Of a stretch of 64,000 bases of DNA, positions 40,188 through 59,642 are shown one piece after another (positions within the stretch are counted from its first letter, which is position 1; each line of letters begins with the position of its first letter). Source of the DNA: Tubiluchus corallicola (Eukaryota; Animalia; Priapulida); NCBI GenBank assembly GCA_030141605.1, contig JAQGDQ010000080.1, positions 496,001 through 560,000 on the forward strand, given 5' to 3'. The notes beneath the pieces are model-generated. The model saw nothing but the letters and a program-made list of their open reading frames with translations, ran no database searches and had not been told where the DNA came from. The translations under genes were made by a program, and so were the position numbers.

Positions 40188-41308
40188 CGTCGTCCAGGCT
40201 TACAAATGAAATGACCATACGGAACCGAGGTATATGAAACAATAACCGCAGCTGTTTTATTAAATGATGCAAAACAAACTTTACAGAACGCCATAACATT
40301 TTCATAAATGAAAATTAGGCAATAGGCACTAGAATTAAATTTTAAAATGTTTCTGACAGCACATATTCTATCGAATTTTGTTCTATTCTATATCGAATAG
40401 TTGAAATTTGTTATATAGTTACATGATATAACTAAGTACATAACTGTGAGTTACATACATATACATATGTTCCCAAAATTACAATATGTATAAGCAACTA
40501 ATCAATTTACGTAGACTTGTTAAAATTTAAATAACTTGATTACATTCTATAACAGAAGGCCATCGCCAAATAACAAGATATGTCCGTTAATGCAGAACCT
40601 GTCGGTGCACACAAGTGAAAATCTGTCTGCAACAACTTCCCTGAGATGTTTGCTTCATTTGCGCGCTCGATAAACCCTGTTTTATCAACTTTGTCGCACA
40701 CATTTTTATTAAACGTGTCGTCTCAGACAAACCTTGACGTGTCCTGTTCCCGTCTGTGGGCTCAGTACAACTATTTGCATCAGACAAAACCAAATCAAAT
40801 CAATAAAAAGCAACCGTTTCATCACGTGGCATAAAATAATTGTTTACTGAAGTTACCGATGATACAGATTATTGCAAATAAAAGCTGCAGCGTGCGAGAT
40901 TTTTTTGAGACGGTTTGCTCAGATAATTTGCTGCAGATAGATTTTTTAACACTATATTTTTTAATACAGTATGACTAGCTAGTAAAGAGTTTTGTTGTTT
41001 TACAGGTGTGAGAAGAAAGAAACTTGACAGGGAGTGAAAAATTAGAACCTATTTAGAGGCGCAGCAGCTGACTTACATTATTGGTGTTAATTTTCTTGAA
41101 GAAATATGTACTTCTTGTCTTATGTTACAGTTTATTCCATACGTTAGTCGTGCGCTATTAATAATGCGCGTGTATAATCTAGTTAGCGTCACTGTAAATA
41201 AATAAATAAATAAATAACATAAACATGAAGGCATTTTATCTTTATATCTAAACACAAAGCTGGTTGCTTTCCCAACTTTAGCGAACATGTGTTTTAGTGC
41301 ATTGCATT

Positions 41309-41315
41309 TATAAAA
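41309..41315 (+). promoter_or_regulatory. Candidate TATA box of carboxypeptidase paralog 1
   Basis: TATAAAA about 98 nt upstream of the ATG; paralog 2 has a TATA at a similar distance. Confidence 0.5.
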
Positions 41316-41406
41316 GTTTAGCCGCCTGGTTTTGCCTTGTCACTACTGGTTAACTCTCGTTGAGCTTACGAACTGCTCTTTTGGCTTTAAGATAAAAGTA
41401 TCCGTA

Positions 41407-48112
<6,706 letters not shown>

Positions 48113-48809
48113 TTACAAGGAATGTAAATTCAGAATTTTTAAATAAAATATTCTGCGCATTAGCTATTTCGCATGAGCTTTTTTCTGTGGACACTGCTCC
48201 AGTAATTAATTTCCTTGATTTCCAATGCTCGTGTAAACTTCTCGAGAAAATGTAAGCCGTCCTACATTTCCCAAAAAGTATATAGTCTCATGCATTTTAC
48301 TTTCTGTGCAACTACAAGCATGATGAGAAAAATTAGAACATTCCATTGAAATTCAAAATGAGTTGAACAAGATAATCTAGACTTAGTGAGGTTTCTAACG
48401 AGTAGCTATTTTTGAAGTTTTGCTATAACGTTATTTAAGCACATGAAAGTGAAATGTAACGACTTAACATGTTCGGCTTAAGTTTTGCGACCACGAACAA
48501 GATAATGTGAAGTAAACTACATTTTAGGTGAACATTCAAGTTTTTTTAAAGGGATCTTGACATTTTCACATATAAATTCTACAAGTTTTGAGCCAATGAT
48601 ATTTTTGCAAAAATATCTTCCAAAATATGAAACTAACAGGTGCATATGTCATTTTATTTCCTTATCAAGAAGGAAGTGTGTATCACGAAGTGATATGAAT
48701 GTTATGTGAGACCACTTATTGCACTCAAGGCACACATGAATTTATCTTTCACATTGCATACTTGAACATAACATCTGTTTTATTTCTCAACACTCTTCAG
48801 ACCATGGTT

Positions 48810-48815
48810 TATAAA
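48810..48815 (+). promoter_or_regulatory. Candidate TATA box of carboxypeptidase paralog 2
   Basis: TATAAA 83 nt upstream of the ATG at 48893. Confidence 0.5.
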
Positions 48816-48892
48816 GCGTGCCATATCAAACACGTTTATTTTCTATAACCAACATTGACTGGAATAGGTTGACAATTCGTGCCGTTTACGAT

Positions 48893-51800
48893 ATGAAGGT
48901 CCCTTTCCTCTTTTTGGCTGTTGTGGTTTTGGCTGCTGCTAAAGTTCGATATGACGGGTAAGAAAGTAAAAGTTGTAAAACACGTGAGGTCAACGTTGAA
49001 CTTTTTAAAAATAAACAAATAACATGATTTTAATACCTGTAAGGTATCCGGCTGCTACTGCATTTTGGTGCGGACACAACGAAACCAGCTGGTGTTTGGG
49101 GCTTATACGTATTACCACTGCTGATACGCGCGAGCAAGCAACACGCACCTTCTTTCCAACACGTACAACTGCACATAGTAGATGCACACGCATTTATAAG
49201 CACCTGCTTCTCGCGCTTCTTTCTGCGGTTTAAACGCCAATCAGTTGGCCAGAGTTCATTGTGTCCACACCCTAAACCAGCAGCACAGCAACAAAAATGA
49301 ATGAAGTATTCCTTAATTTCACGTTTCTTGGGATTTTGACTATCTGCCTATCTGTCTGTGCATGAGTCCGGATAAGCGGATGGAGTTATAGGATAGTTCT
49401 TGGAAGTACCTGGAAACCCATTACTTTTCGTTCTAGCGGTTAAATGTCAAGTCACAAAGTCAAAACTGTCGAAATAATACATTTTTCCTATGCTGACTTC
49501 CTGTGAATGCGCAGGTTTGCAGTTCTATTGAGTGTCTTCTCTCTAGTTCTGTTCTGTACTGTTTTTGACCACAATTATCCTAAAAAATCTTTCTTCTCAT
49601 GCACGTGGAAGTGTGTAAAGCAAAATTACCGCAAATTATGTGCACCTACTAGCACAATTTTACAAGCTTTTGTTGTGTTCGCACCTTTAGTTTTTAGTCT
49701 TTCGGTTCGGAGGCATTTTTGACATAAGGAATTTTCCTATAGTTTGAAACATGCAGTTCTATTACTGCAACGTCTTTTTTAGTAACATGCTCGGCCAAAT
49801 AGTTTCAACTTTTTCAAGTTATTGTTTGAAGCAAAAAAAACTCAAAGTAAAGCTAAAGAAATGAATATTTAACGTAGTCTACTCTTTTAGGTATAAAGTC
49901 ATCAGACTGAATGGCAGTTTTAAAGACGTGATTCAGTTCACAGAGGCACTGGAAAGCTGGACCACACCAAAGGTATGGTTATTGAAACAGACAGGCTTAT
50001 AGAGTTGTGACATTATATATGTGATATCACTTCATTTGTAACTAAGGCTCTTTTTTCACATTGTCCACAAAGTTACACAAAGGCGTAATAAAATTTGGCA
50101 GGTCGATGTTTGGTCAGCGACAGATGTCATGGTGTCTCCTGACATGTTCGACCTTATGGCGGCGATGGTGAGATCTCGCGGTCTCTCGTACACAATCTAC
50201 ATAAACGACGTGCAAAAGTAAGGCATCCATCTATGCATTTTCACATAAATAAACATATTTAAATGAGCCTTAGGTTCAGCACAATGTAGCAACTCTAGCT
50301 ACTCGTTGAGTTCACTTCTTCATTGTTCTCTTTTTTGTTTCACTTTAATATAGAGCAATTGATGCCGAAGTAGCAAGTAATAGCCGTCGTGCGTCGAAAA
50401 GCTTTGAACTGGATCAGTATCACCGACATGACGAGGTAAAATACAATTATTCTGTCGACTATTACTAATAGTGCATGTACACAAGAAACTGAAAGCTCAA
50501 AATCCATTCTGGCATTGATATTTACCCCCTGTTGTCAGTAGTAGGAAGTCTGTCTACGGTTTGGTGGATTTTTCAAAACCTGCAGCAAAATTAACCGCAA
50601 AATTAAATTTAGCGGAAAGACTGCGTAGACGTGCGATAAAATTGCTGCATAATTGAGGTTCAAGTCAGAATTTATAGTTGAAAACAGCAGTTAAACTGAA
50701 AATTGAGTATGACAGCTAGAACTGGTATGTTAACGAAAAAAATCCCACAAGAAAAAGCTTTGTTTTTTAATTGTGGAATTTTTTTCGTTAATTGTTGCTA
50801 ATGTTGTTCTAAAGAATCAAATTTATAACGGCTACATTTTTTAAATAAAACAGTTAAAGTTGAGGTCGTGGCTTGCATGTCAGTTTAGTTGCGGGGCATG
50901 CATTCACCAATGCATCTATACGTGGCATATCTGAAAAACAAATCTAAATAATACCAAATTTGGCAGAAAGGCGCCTATGACTTCCATATATTTCAAACTA
51001 AGATGTTGCTCGCAAACGTTATTGTCAATTACCAAATTTTACTTTTCTCACAGATAAATGATTACCTGGAAGCCGTTGCAGCAGCAGACACTGTAGGAAT
51101 AACCGAAGTCCATAACATTGGGCAGTCATTTTCCGGTCGAGATATGAAATTGATAAAGGTAAAGTGCAAATTATAATTGTCTAAGCAATCACAAAGCTGG
51201 ATGATGATGATGATTTTGATGGCGAAGATAATGATAGTAAGAAAAGAGTCGACGATAGCAACAGCACAATGATGATGATGATGCCAATGATGACAACGGT
51301 GGTGATCATGACAACTGAGTAATTAATGGTATATATATGACTTGTATCCGTTAATTAACACTCAACAATAATTCTTACTACTATTCTACACGAATTATTG
51401 AATTTGTTTGAATTTTTAGCTAGAAAGTTGTACATCTTAAAATCAAGTATTTTATTTAATTATTTTATTACCACTAGATTGGAGAACCAGGAAGCAACAA
51501 GGATACAATATGGCTTGATTGTGGAATCCACGCCAGGGAATGGATTTCTCCAGCCGTTTGTCTGTATTTTATTGACGTGGTAAAATTACAGTGCCATATT
51601 TATAGAATTCACCGACATTAACATATTATTAGAATATTACATACTTTTTACCATTCTGAGTATTTATTGTAATTGTATATTGTATATTTATATTATTTCG
51701 CAAATATCCAAACAGTATGGTTAATGGTTAACAGCAGACTAATGATGCTGGTGACATGTTTATTTCTGGTGACAGTATTTCTTTATTTTAGCTAACTAGC

Positions 51801-54520
51801 AACGATCCTGATGCTCTGGCACTCACCAAACATTTCGATTTCTACATTCTTCCAGTGGCAAACCCAGATGGCTATGAATATACATGGACTAACGTAAGCA
51901 CAACTTAATTAAATTTCTTATGCATAATAGCAGTGAGGCTATCTTTCTTTTTATGAAACAACACTGGGTGACCATATATTAAAAACAAGCTTAATCTTAT
52001 TATGTAAGATTAAAATAAATCAGGTTAGTGCACCACATACTTCAAGAGAACTTTCACATCAAAGAGGTCGTCGTCGTCGTTGTTATTATTATTATGTCGT
52101 TGTTGTTTTTAGGACAGAATGTGGCGCAAAACTCGTTCAACTCAGTCAGGAACAATATGTGTGGGAACAGATGCAAACAGGAACTGGGACTACTACTGGC
52201 TAAGTGAGCCCAATACTCCATTTTTATACAGTTCGGGTTTTGGGTGGCGAGACCAGAATCTAATTATCAAGAACCTTTTAACCTTTTTTTAGGTGAAATC
52301 CTAAACCTGCACTGGTGCCTTAGCCAGGTTCATATAAGGCTAAATCCTTCAACAGGCCAAATAGCCAAAACAGTTGGTACATAGATGTAGATTAGCCTAG
52401 TTGAATTTACGAACTCTGCTGAGGTGCATAATTATACACGCATTGTACATGGCAGAAGTAAACCAGACCAGTACACAACAGACTGTACATTTGTTAAAAT
52501 GTATGTCACTTCTCAAGTACAAGGCGAAGTGTACCACTGGACCCAGCGAACTGTGCCATTGGCGAAGTGTACCATTGGCGAAGTGTACTACTGCCGAGGG
52601 GTAGCACTGGCGAACTGTACCAACTAAGAATTCACCACATGCGAAATGGGTGGATGCCCATTTGTTTGAGATTTATACGAGCTAACTGAGACACTTGACT
52701 ATAACAAAAAGTAAACAGCGCCAAAAGACAAAGGCAACATTTATTAATCACCGCTCATTTTAACAAGTAATATTAGCACTGATGGCTATTTAGCGCTACT
52801 TACATTTACAACAATAGAGGAAAGGACGTAATACACAAAATAACAAACAACATATAGGGCATCTGTCCTGGCGGTGGCAGCTGCTAGTCTCGAACTCAAG
52901 ACTGCGAGGTTACAGTCCGAAATCTCAACCAACCAGCCAAGGTGAAATAAGTTGTAAAGATTCTATTTGCTGGATTGTCCACTCACAAAAATTGATCTCT
53001 AAATTTAAAACTGCTAAGTAGTTCTTACAACCAAGGGGGCCCAAAAGGCTGTTTAGATTTCATGTATTTAAAAAACTATTTATTCATACCAACATTTTTA
53101 CATTGTTGCGTAAAAGTTTAGCGTTTACACAAAAAGAAGACGCACAACTACAAATATATATATATATCGAGGATAAAAATAATTATTAAATTTTACAGGT
53201 GGCGGCTCCAGTACTAATCCTTGCTCGTCAACTTATGCTGGACCAAGTGCGTTTTCAGAAGTCGAGAACCGAAATGCTAGAGATGCAATTTTGAGTATAA
53301 AGGACAACATGAAGCTGTTCATCACCTTTCACAGCTACAGTCAAATGATCCTGATGCCTTGGGGATACACGTACTCACGCCCACCTAACTATAATGCTAT
53401 GGTAGATCTGAACTGAACTGCTATACCGATTGTTTTTTTTTATATGTGAACATTAGTTTATTGTTGCAGTAATTGAAAGTGCAGTATGTTACAGAATGAA
53501 AGTAGTATACCAGATAGTTAGCTTAGCCTGTTTATAACGAGCTTCATAACTTAATTGTTCACTGGTCTGGTATATTATTTACACATTTGCTGGCATTAAC
53601 GTAAATTAAAAAATACTCTCATCTGGAAGGTTAAAACCTCATGTATTGTTTTCTTTGTTCAGATGGCACAGGCAAGTGCGGCAGCCCAAGCATTGAGATC
53701 AGTTCACGGCACTCAATATACAGTTGGTACTATCCCAGATTTATTGTGTAAGTACAGTCTACCGAAAAGTATTGCTTTACTGGTGTGGAGTTCTTGTTTT
53801 TTCTGTTTTAAGTAATGTAAACAATAAACCTATTTCACTGAATATTATCGTCATTTAATAAACATTCGTTTTAATTTCCTGCATCAAAAAAACATCTTGT
53901 TAAAGAAAAACAGTGCCCAGTTTAAGACTACAACTCAAGATCACAGACGGATATAGTATACTTGATCTGATTTAACATGCAAGCATGTTGTTAGGAAGAC
54001 TCAAAGTGCTTTACTGTAAAAGTTTGTCTTCATTTCGATTATACCTTTTGAATAAACGTCAACACATTCAAATTGGCATTATTGAAATACGATCTCGCAT
54101 ACAATACAAAAAGTACTCTGCAGTTGAGAAACAGTAGCATAATCGCTCTAACTGCGCCCGCGGACCTCGTAAACTTCCTAAGGTAATATTGAAATAAAAC
54201 ATACAATATATTAGACTATTGGCCAAAATGAGCTATGGTCTAGAAATCACACTGTATTCATTCAAAGTTACTACTCAATGCATTATATTAAATTTCATTC
54301 AATATACATTGCCGTCGTTGTTCATTTTACAGATATTGCCTCGGGATCATCTCTTGATTGGGCGTATGGTGCAGCCGGGTGTGAAAATTCCTACACATTT
54401 GAGCTCAGAGACAAGGGACGTTATGGGTTCATTCTCCCTGCCGACCAAATTATACCATCTGGCGAAGAAACTTGGGAAGCACTGAAATACCTTGCCTATG
54501 ATGTCTGTTCAAATTGCTAA
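48893..54520 (+). CDS. M14A zinc metallocarboxypeptidase preproenzyme, CPA-like, paralog 2 (406 aa, 11 exons)
   Basis: Exons 48893-48957, 49891-49972, 50102-50217, 50354-50435, 51054-51158, 51478-51579, 51792-51893, 52113-52203, 53199-53401, 53663-53747, 54333-54520. Intron positions and phases match paralog 1. Contains [24 protein letters not shown] and TFELRD. Confidence 0.96.
52522..52625. repeat. About 16-bp tandem array (GGCGAAGTGTACCATT), probable transposon subterminal arm
   Basis: Five to six imperfect copies are visible. Confidence 0.75.
52790..52943 (-). mobile_element. tRNA-derived SINE
   Basis: Minus strand reads TGGCTGGTTGGTT (A box) ... GGACTGTAACCTCGCAGTCTTGAGTTCGAGAC (B box), then a non-tRNA body. 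There is no closing acceptor stem. Confidence 0.65.
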
Positions 54521-56483
54521 GCTTGCAAATTGCTGTTTAAGATTGCCTGATCTTTTTCAGCCTTTTAGATCCTGCTTTGCGCAGAGTGGTGTGTGCTTGG
54601 AAAATCTTACGAATTAGGCCTATTATTTTCATTTTTCAGAATTAATTTAAGAGTCGGACTGTTAACCATAAGTTAAAACTGCTATTATTGAAACTTTGAC
54701 TGGGACTATTGCTACAGCAGATAGATTTTAATTTGTACTGGTGTTAATAAATTTGCGTCATATCAGCGTTGTTTTTAATAAATATGGTAAATTATGAAGT
54801 GTTATAAAATTGCTTGTACCGTTTAGACCTTAACAAGGAATGATAATGAATCCAGATTAATCTTGTTGCAGTGAAAAGTAAAACAACGTTATTATAATTA
54901 GCTTAATTGGTTTAGATGTTGTTAACAAGCCACTTGCCTCTAAGGGCCTTAGTAAAAAAAGAATATAATGATAAACAACATTATGAACATATCACTAACA
55001 GGTAGTTGGATAGTAGACAGACAGAAATGCTAGCAAAACTGTCAAAATGACGTTGAGTAGTTACTAGTTATCATTTCAAACACGTAACTGCTAACGTCAG
55101 ACACCTATAGGGTATAACCTACAGAATATGAAGTAAAATATTTGCCAAAACACAAAGTGCAATGTGACGGTGCTCTTATATTTCTTAATTGTTTTTGTCA
55201 GGACCATGAACCTATTTAGTTGATTAGGCTCGAAAATGCATCTCACAAAAGAAATTGGTTTTTATTAACCATCAAATTAACGATGTGCTGAGCCGAAACG
55301 CGGGTTTTTCTAAAGCACGTGTTATGGGTTCTGTGTTTTATTTCCCTAACGTGTACCGTCGTTACTGTTGCGATATAATACTTAGGAAAAATTACTGGTC
55401 GACAATCTCAATTAATCTAAATAAGTTGGGCATTAAATTCAATTGCTTTATTTAATCACAAGTATATAACGCATGAAAAACTGTGCACAGATCATTAAAA
55501 ACTACTGTACAGGTGTCTGCGAGGCTACAAGCGTACCGGTACCAGGTTTACCACGTCACAGCTCCAATCCTGGTGTTAACTGCGACACCATTCGATTTCC
55601 ATTCCATGACTACCAGTCCACCAACTTGTTAGGAGTCTCACCAATACAAGTCTAAATTAGGTTCCGCATTAACCATAGACCATAATAACAAGCCGTTTTT
55701 ACTCGGTTTATATCATATGAGGAAGTTCCACAATAGCATAAATCAAAATATCTCAATTAATCTCATTAGAGAAATGTTCAAGCCAAGCAGTGTGGACAGA
55801 CTTTTGACGTGCCTGCCACACGTTTCGATGTGCTCAGAAACCAAATATCAACTGTGTAGATAGAACGAGAGTTTCACTGCTCGACGAGCTGTATGAATCA
55901 CCTGTGTTTATGAATTTTTAAATTAAGCAATGAGAGAAAAGCATGCATTAAACATAACTAGGTTACCTGTACCAATTTCGCAACTGTACATATGCAAAAC
56001 TAAGCTGCTTCATCTCTTAAAGACGTATTTTAAGTTCAAATAATCTCAAGAGTATAATAGGCGCCACATAGAAATTAATAAGAATAAAACTTATTAGGTA
56101 AAGCAGCGTTTATATAGTTTGCGCAGGCGTTTAAAATAAGAGACCAAGCTTTTACAGTAGTACGTCCGATAGCGCACGAAAATAGGGCGCTCTTACATGC
56201 AAACTGTACAATACTGAATCTTTCTGAGAGCTAGTTCACGTGATAACCAGTTCAAGAGACACAAAAAAACAGGTACACACACCAACAACAAGGTGAAAAA
56301 ATTTCACAGTTGGAAAAAGTGAATTAGTAGATAAGGATTCTAGTATTGACTAAAATATCATGATCTAAAAGGATGCGAGATCTAAAGGTCAATAATTGGA
56401 TTTGCAATCTAAAGGAATCCATGAGCAGGCTTAATCGGGGTTTTTCATCTGTCACTCTTTTCAACCAAGGCTAGTAAATTAGT

Positions 56484-57595
56484 GAAGACTAGCAAATTAC
56501 TTTTTCTGAATGTAGGTTAAAATGACATAGGTAAAATCTCACAGAAAAAAATGGCACAGGAAAAAATGGGCCAAATGAAAAACTAGGTAAAAATAGCACA
56601 GGAAAAAATGTCACGGTAAAATGCACAGGAAAAATGGCACAAGAAAAATGGCACAAGTAAAAATGGTACACGAAACAATAGCACAAATGGAAAAGTAGAA
56701 ATGGCACATGTTATTTTGAAGCAATTGATTTCTGTAGTAAAACTAGAATGTGGTCGGTAGGAATTCGTCTAATTCTTTTGATTAAAAAAATTAAACACAA
56801 AGATAAACAAGCAAACATACAAAAACGTACATGTATTGCTATTATATAGACCAGCAAAGGACTCACAAAATATTTGTTCATTAAATGGATTTATAATTAA
56901 TAATACACAAATTCTCCACACAGTGTTTATACCTGTAGTTTTGGTAATAGACCGGTAATAGACTGACAAATGTATACATACCTTATAGGGCTATACGCAT
57001 TAATAAGTAAAGGTTATAGATAGCGTTACACAGTTTTACAAGCAAGATTTTTTCGAAATGGAATCTGGAACTAACTAGTGGTTGGGTGTCCTGGAGAAGA
57101 TAATAAAAAAGAAGTACTAAACACTCCCTCTGAGACATCCATGAAGTGCCTTTCGAACGTTTTTTGTATGTGGTTTCGGTTAAGTTCTGCGAAAAAAGAA
57201 TCGGCGAAAAGATTCCCATTTTGACACTCTATACTCACCTTCCTTCACACAGCTTCTTGGAAATCTGTTAAGACAGTTTTTGCGTAATAGTTTTACTGCC
57301 ATAACAGACAAAAAACAACCAAACAAGCAAACTGTGTTGAAGCATAACTTCCTTGGCAGAGGTAAAAATAACAAAAATAATTATACCTCACTGTAACTCT
57401 AACCGTAAACACATATTACTAAGTGCGCCATTTTTCCTGGGCCATTTTTTCTTGTGCCATTTTTACCTGTGCCATTTTACCTAGTTTTTCATTTGTGCCA
57501 ATTTTTCCTGCGCCATTTTACCGTGCCATTTTTTCTGTGCGATTTTACCTGTGGCATTTTAACCTACATTCACAAAAAGTAATTTACTGGTCTTC
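56484..57595. mobile_element. Foldback element with ~200-bp inverted arms of (AAAAATGGCAC.GG)n, containing a HINE-like insert at about 56741-57365
   Basis: Left GAAGACTAGCAAATTACTTTTTCTGAATGTAGGTTAAAATG...; right ...CATTTTAACCTACATTCACAAAAAGTAATTTACTGGTCTTC. The insert starts AACTAGAATG and ends ATAACTTCCTTGGCAGAGGTAA. Confidence 0.8.
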
Positions 57596-57938
57596 TGGCA
57601 TTATAACTTCCATAACGTATTACAGTATCAGTGCATCGCTTGGTTAATTGTTCACTGCATACCTAACGCTTGCTACTTGCTAAAAATATTACTAATTCAT
57701 ATAATAACCATCAATATTAATAATTACTGACGGCAGAAAGTGAAGTTCAGAACCCTTTTCAAATTCGTTATAGACAATCGGCTACTTTCTAAGAAAAATC
57801 GTACTTAATGTAGTACAAATGTAAACGCTCCTAAACGCCGATTAGCGCTAATGCATGGATGAAATGCATTCAGTGCCATCGATGAGTTGGGTCTCATCTC
57901 AACAAGTCGTAAAATCATTCTCTTGCTAGCACGTATTA

Positions 57939-59642
57939 GGCCGCGTTTCCACTGCGCCCGCACAGACACAGACTTTCCTGTCTGCACGTTTTACGTCCGC
58001 AAAAGTTATTTCCATTGGGACCGCACTCACTCCATAAAATACGTCAAAAATGAGCCAAAAGTTTAGCGCGAAATTCTAAACATGAGACTTTCTAGAAGAA
58101 AGAAGATTTTTATTTTGCTGTGGTGGTTAAAGAAAAAGGCAAGTAGGCGATACAGGAAGCGACAACATCGTTTTTGGGTTCACCTAATATTTGAAAATCG
58201 TGGACAGCTAGGCGAATATCATCATTTGTTGCAACAAGTTGTAATGGATGAAGAAAAGTGTCTTTGTTAATTGAGAATGCAATCTGCAACTTTCCGAATT
58301 TTACTTGATTTGTGTTTCGAACATCTTAAGAAACAGAACACAAATTTTCGGGATTGTATTTCACCGAACAGCGCCTCGTCGTTACGCTAAGGTAAACAAA
58401 GCCAATAACTAATTAACTGTATCTTAGCATGAAATTATTATTAAAATTTTCAGAAATATTATTATACGTGTATTATATATAGGTAATGTCTAATTTTAAT
58501 TATTATCGAGGCTTTCAATTTACATTAACACTGACAATTCACATTTACATTCCACATTAACAATTTGGTTAGCATACATGTGCGTTATGAAACTCGAAAC
58601 AAAAAAAAAATGTTGTAATCTTGTGCTTGCGTTATGCAACAATATACATGTAGGTTTCAGCACTGGATTATGCATTCTTGTCTAAATATTCAAGATAACA
58701 GTGGGCATCATTCCACCACCATATTTCACCATATATTCCACCACCATATGGTGCATTTTCTTTTACATAACGCAAAAGAAGTTGTTGCACTTCAATACGA
58801 AACTACAAGTTCTTAATTGGGTCAAGTTGCCGCATCATTGGCACTAAACTCACAAAAGCTCGTGATTATTTTTCAATTGGTGGTGAAGACAAACGGTAGC
58901 AATTTCAATGAAATCTTATGCTAAGCCTTAAAATTATCTACTGTAGCGTTTCTCCTTCTTATTCTAACATGTTGCAGTTGATTATGATTTTGCACGCCCA
59001 TATGTTGCAATTTTCACAGCGTGTTTTCTAAGGGAATTTAAATAGACTAGTTGAATTCACTTCAAATAAAAAAGTGGCTTTTATTATAAAACTAACAAAG
59101 TTTTGAAGCTTATTATTTTCTCCCTGCAACAGCACAACAAAATAATGCAATTTTCAGGGCAAAGTCGAAATATTGTGGCAATAGAGAGTATAGATACATG
59201 TATATACTACAAATTTAAAAAATGCATGCACCATAGCATCGCAAAATCAAGCCTAAATTTACAGAAACGTTAATTTAATAACAAAACTACATATATTCTA
59301 CCTTCAGTATTAAGTTGAAAGGCCACTTCGGCCCACAGCTGTCTTGTAAAATCCCTGTGTCTGCATTGGGATTACTTTTGTCATACAAAGCAGGCCTGAT
59401 CTCCACAGCGTGTATGATCTGTTCATCCTCCATTGTAAAAATGAGCTTGTCCATCCGCACAAAAAAGGTTGAACAATTAAAGTGCGGATCCGTGCGTATA
59501 CGTGGCTTTCCGTGCGGACGCAGTGGAAACGACAAACACGTAAAACAATTGTTTTCAAAGACGGGCCATTGTATCAATTTTTTCATAAAGTCATAAAGAA
59601 AAAGCCTGTGTATGTCTGTGCGGGCGCAGTGGAAACGCGGCC
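57939..59642. mobile_element. PIF/Harbinger DNA transposon, internally deleted, non-autonomous
   Basis: 30-bp perfect TIRs GGCCGCGTTTCCACTGCGCCCGCACAGACA with TTA target-site duplication on both sides. Plus strand has a transposase first exon at 58082-58391 (RFWVH..GEYHHL..*LRM..TFRILL..QNTNFRDCIS, with stop and frameshift). Minus strand has a convergent MADF/Myb-like start at 59433 (MEDEQIIHAVEIRPALYDKSNP). Confidence 0.93.

Noticed and set aside
52875-52943. tRNA gene
   Set aside because: A and B boxes are present but there is no full cloverleaf or acceptor stem; better explained as a SINE head.
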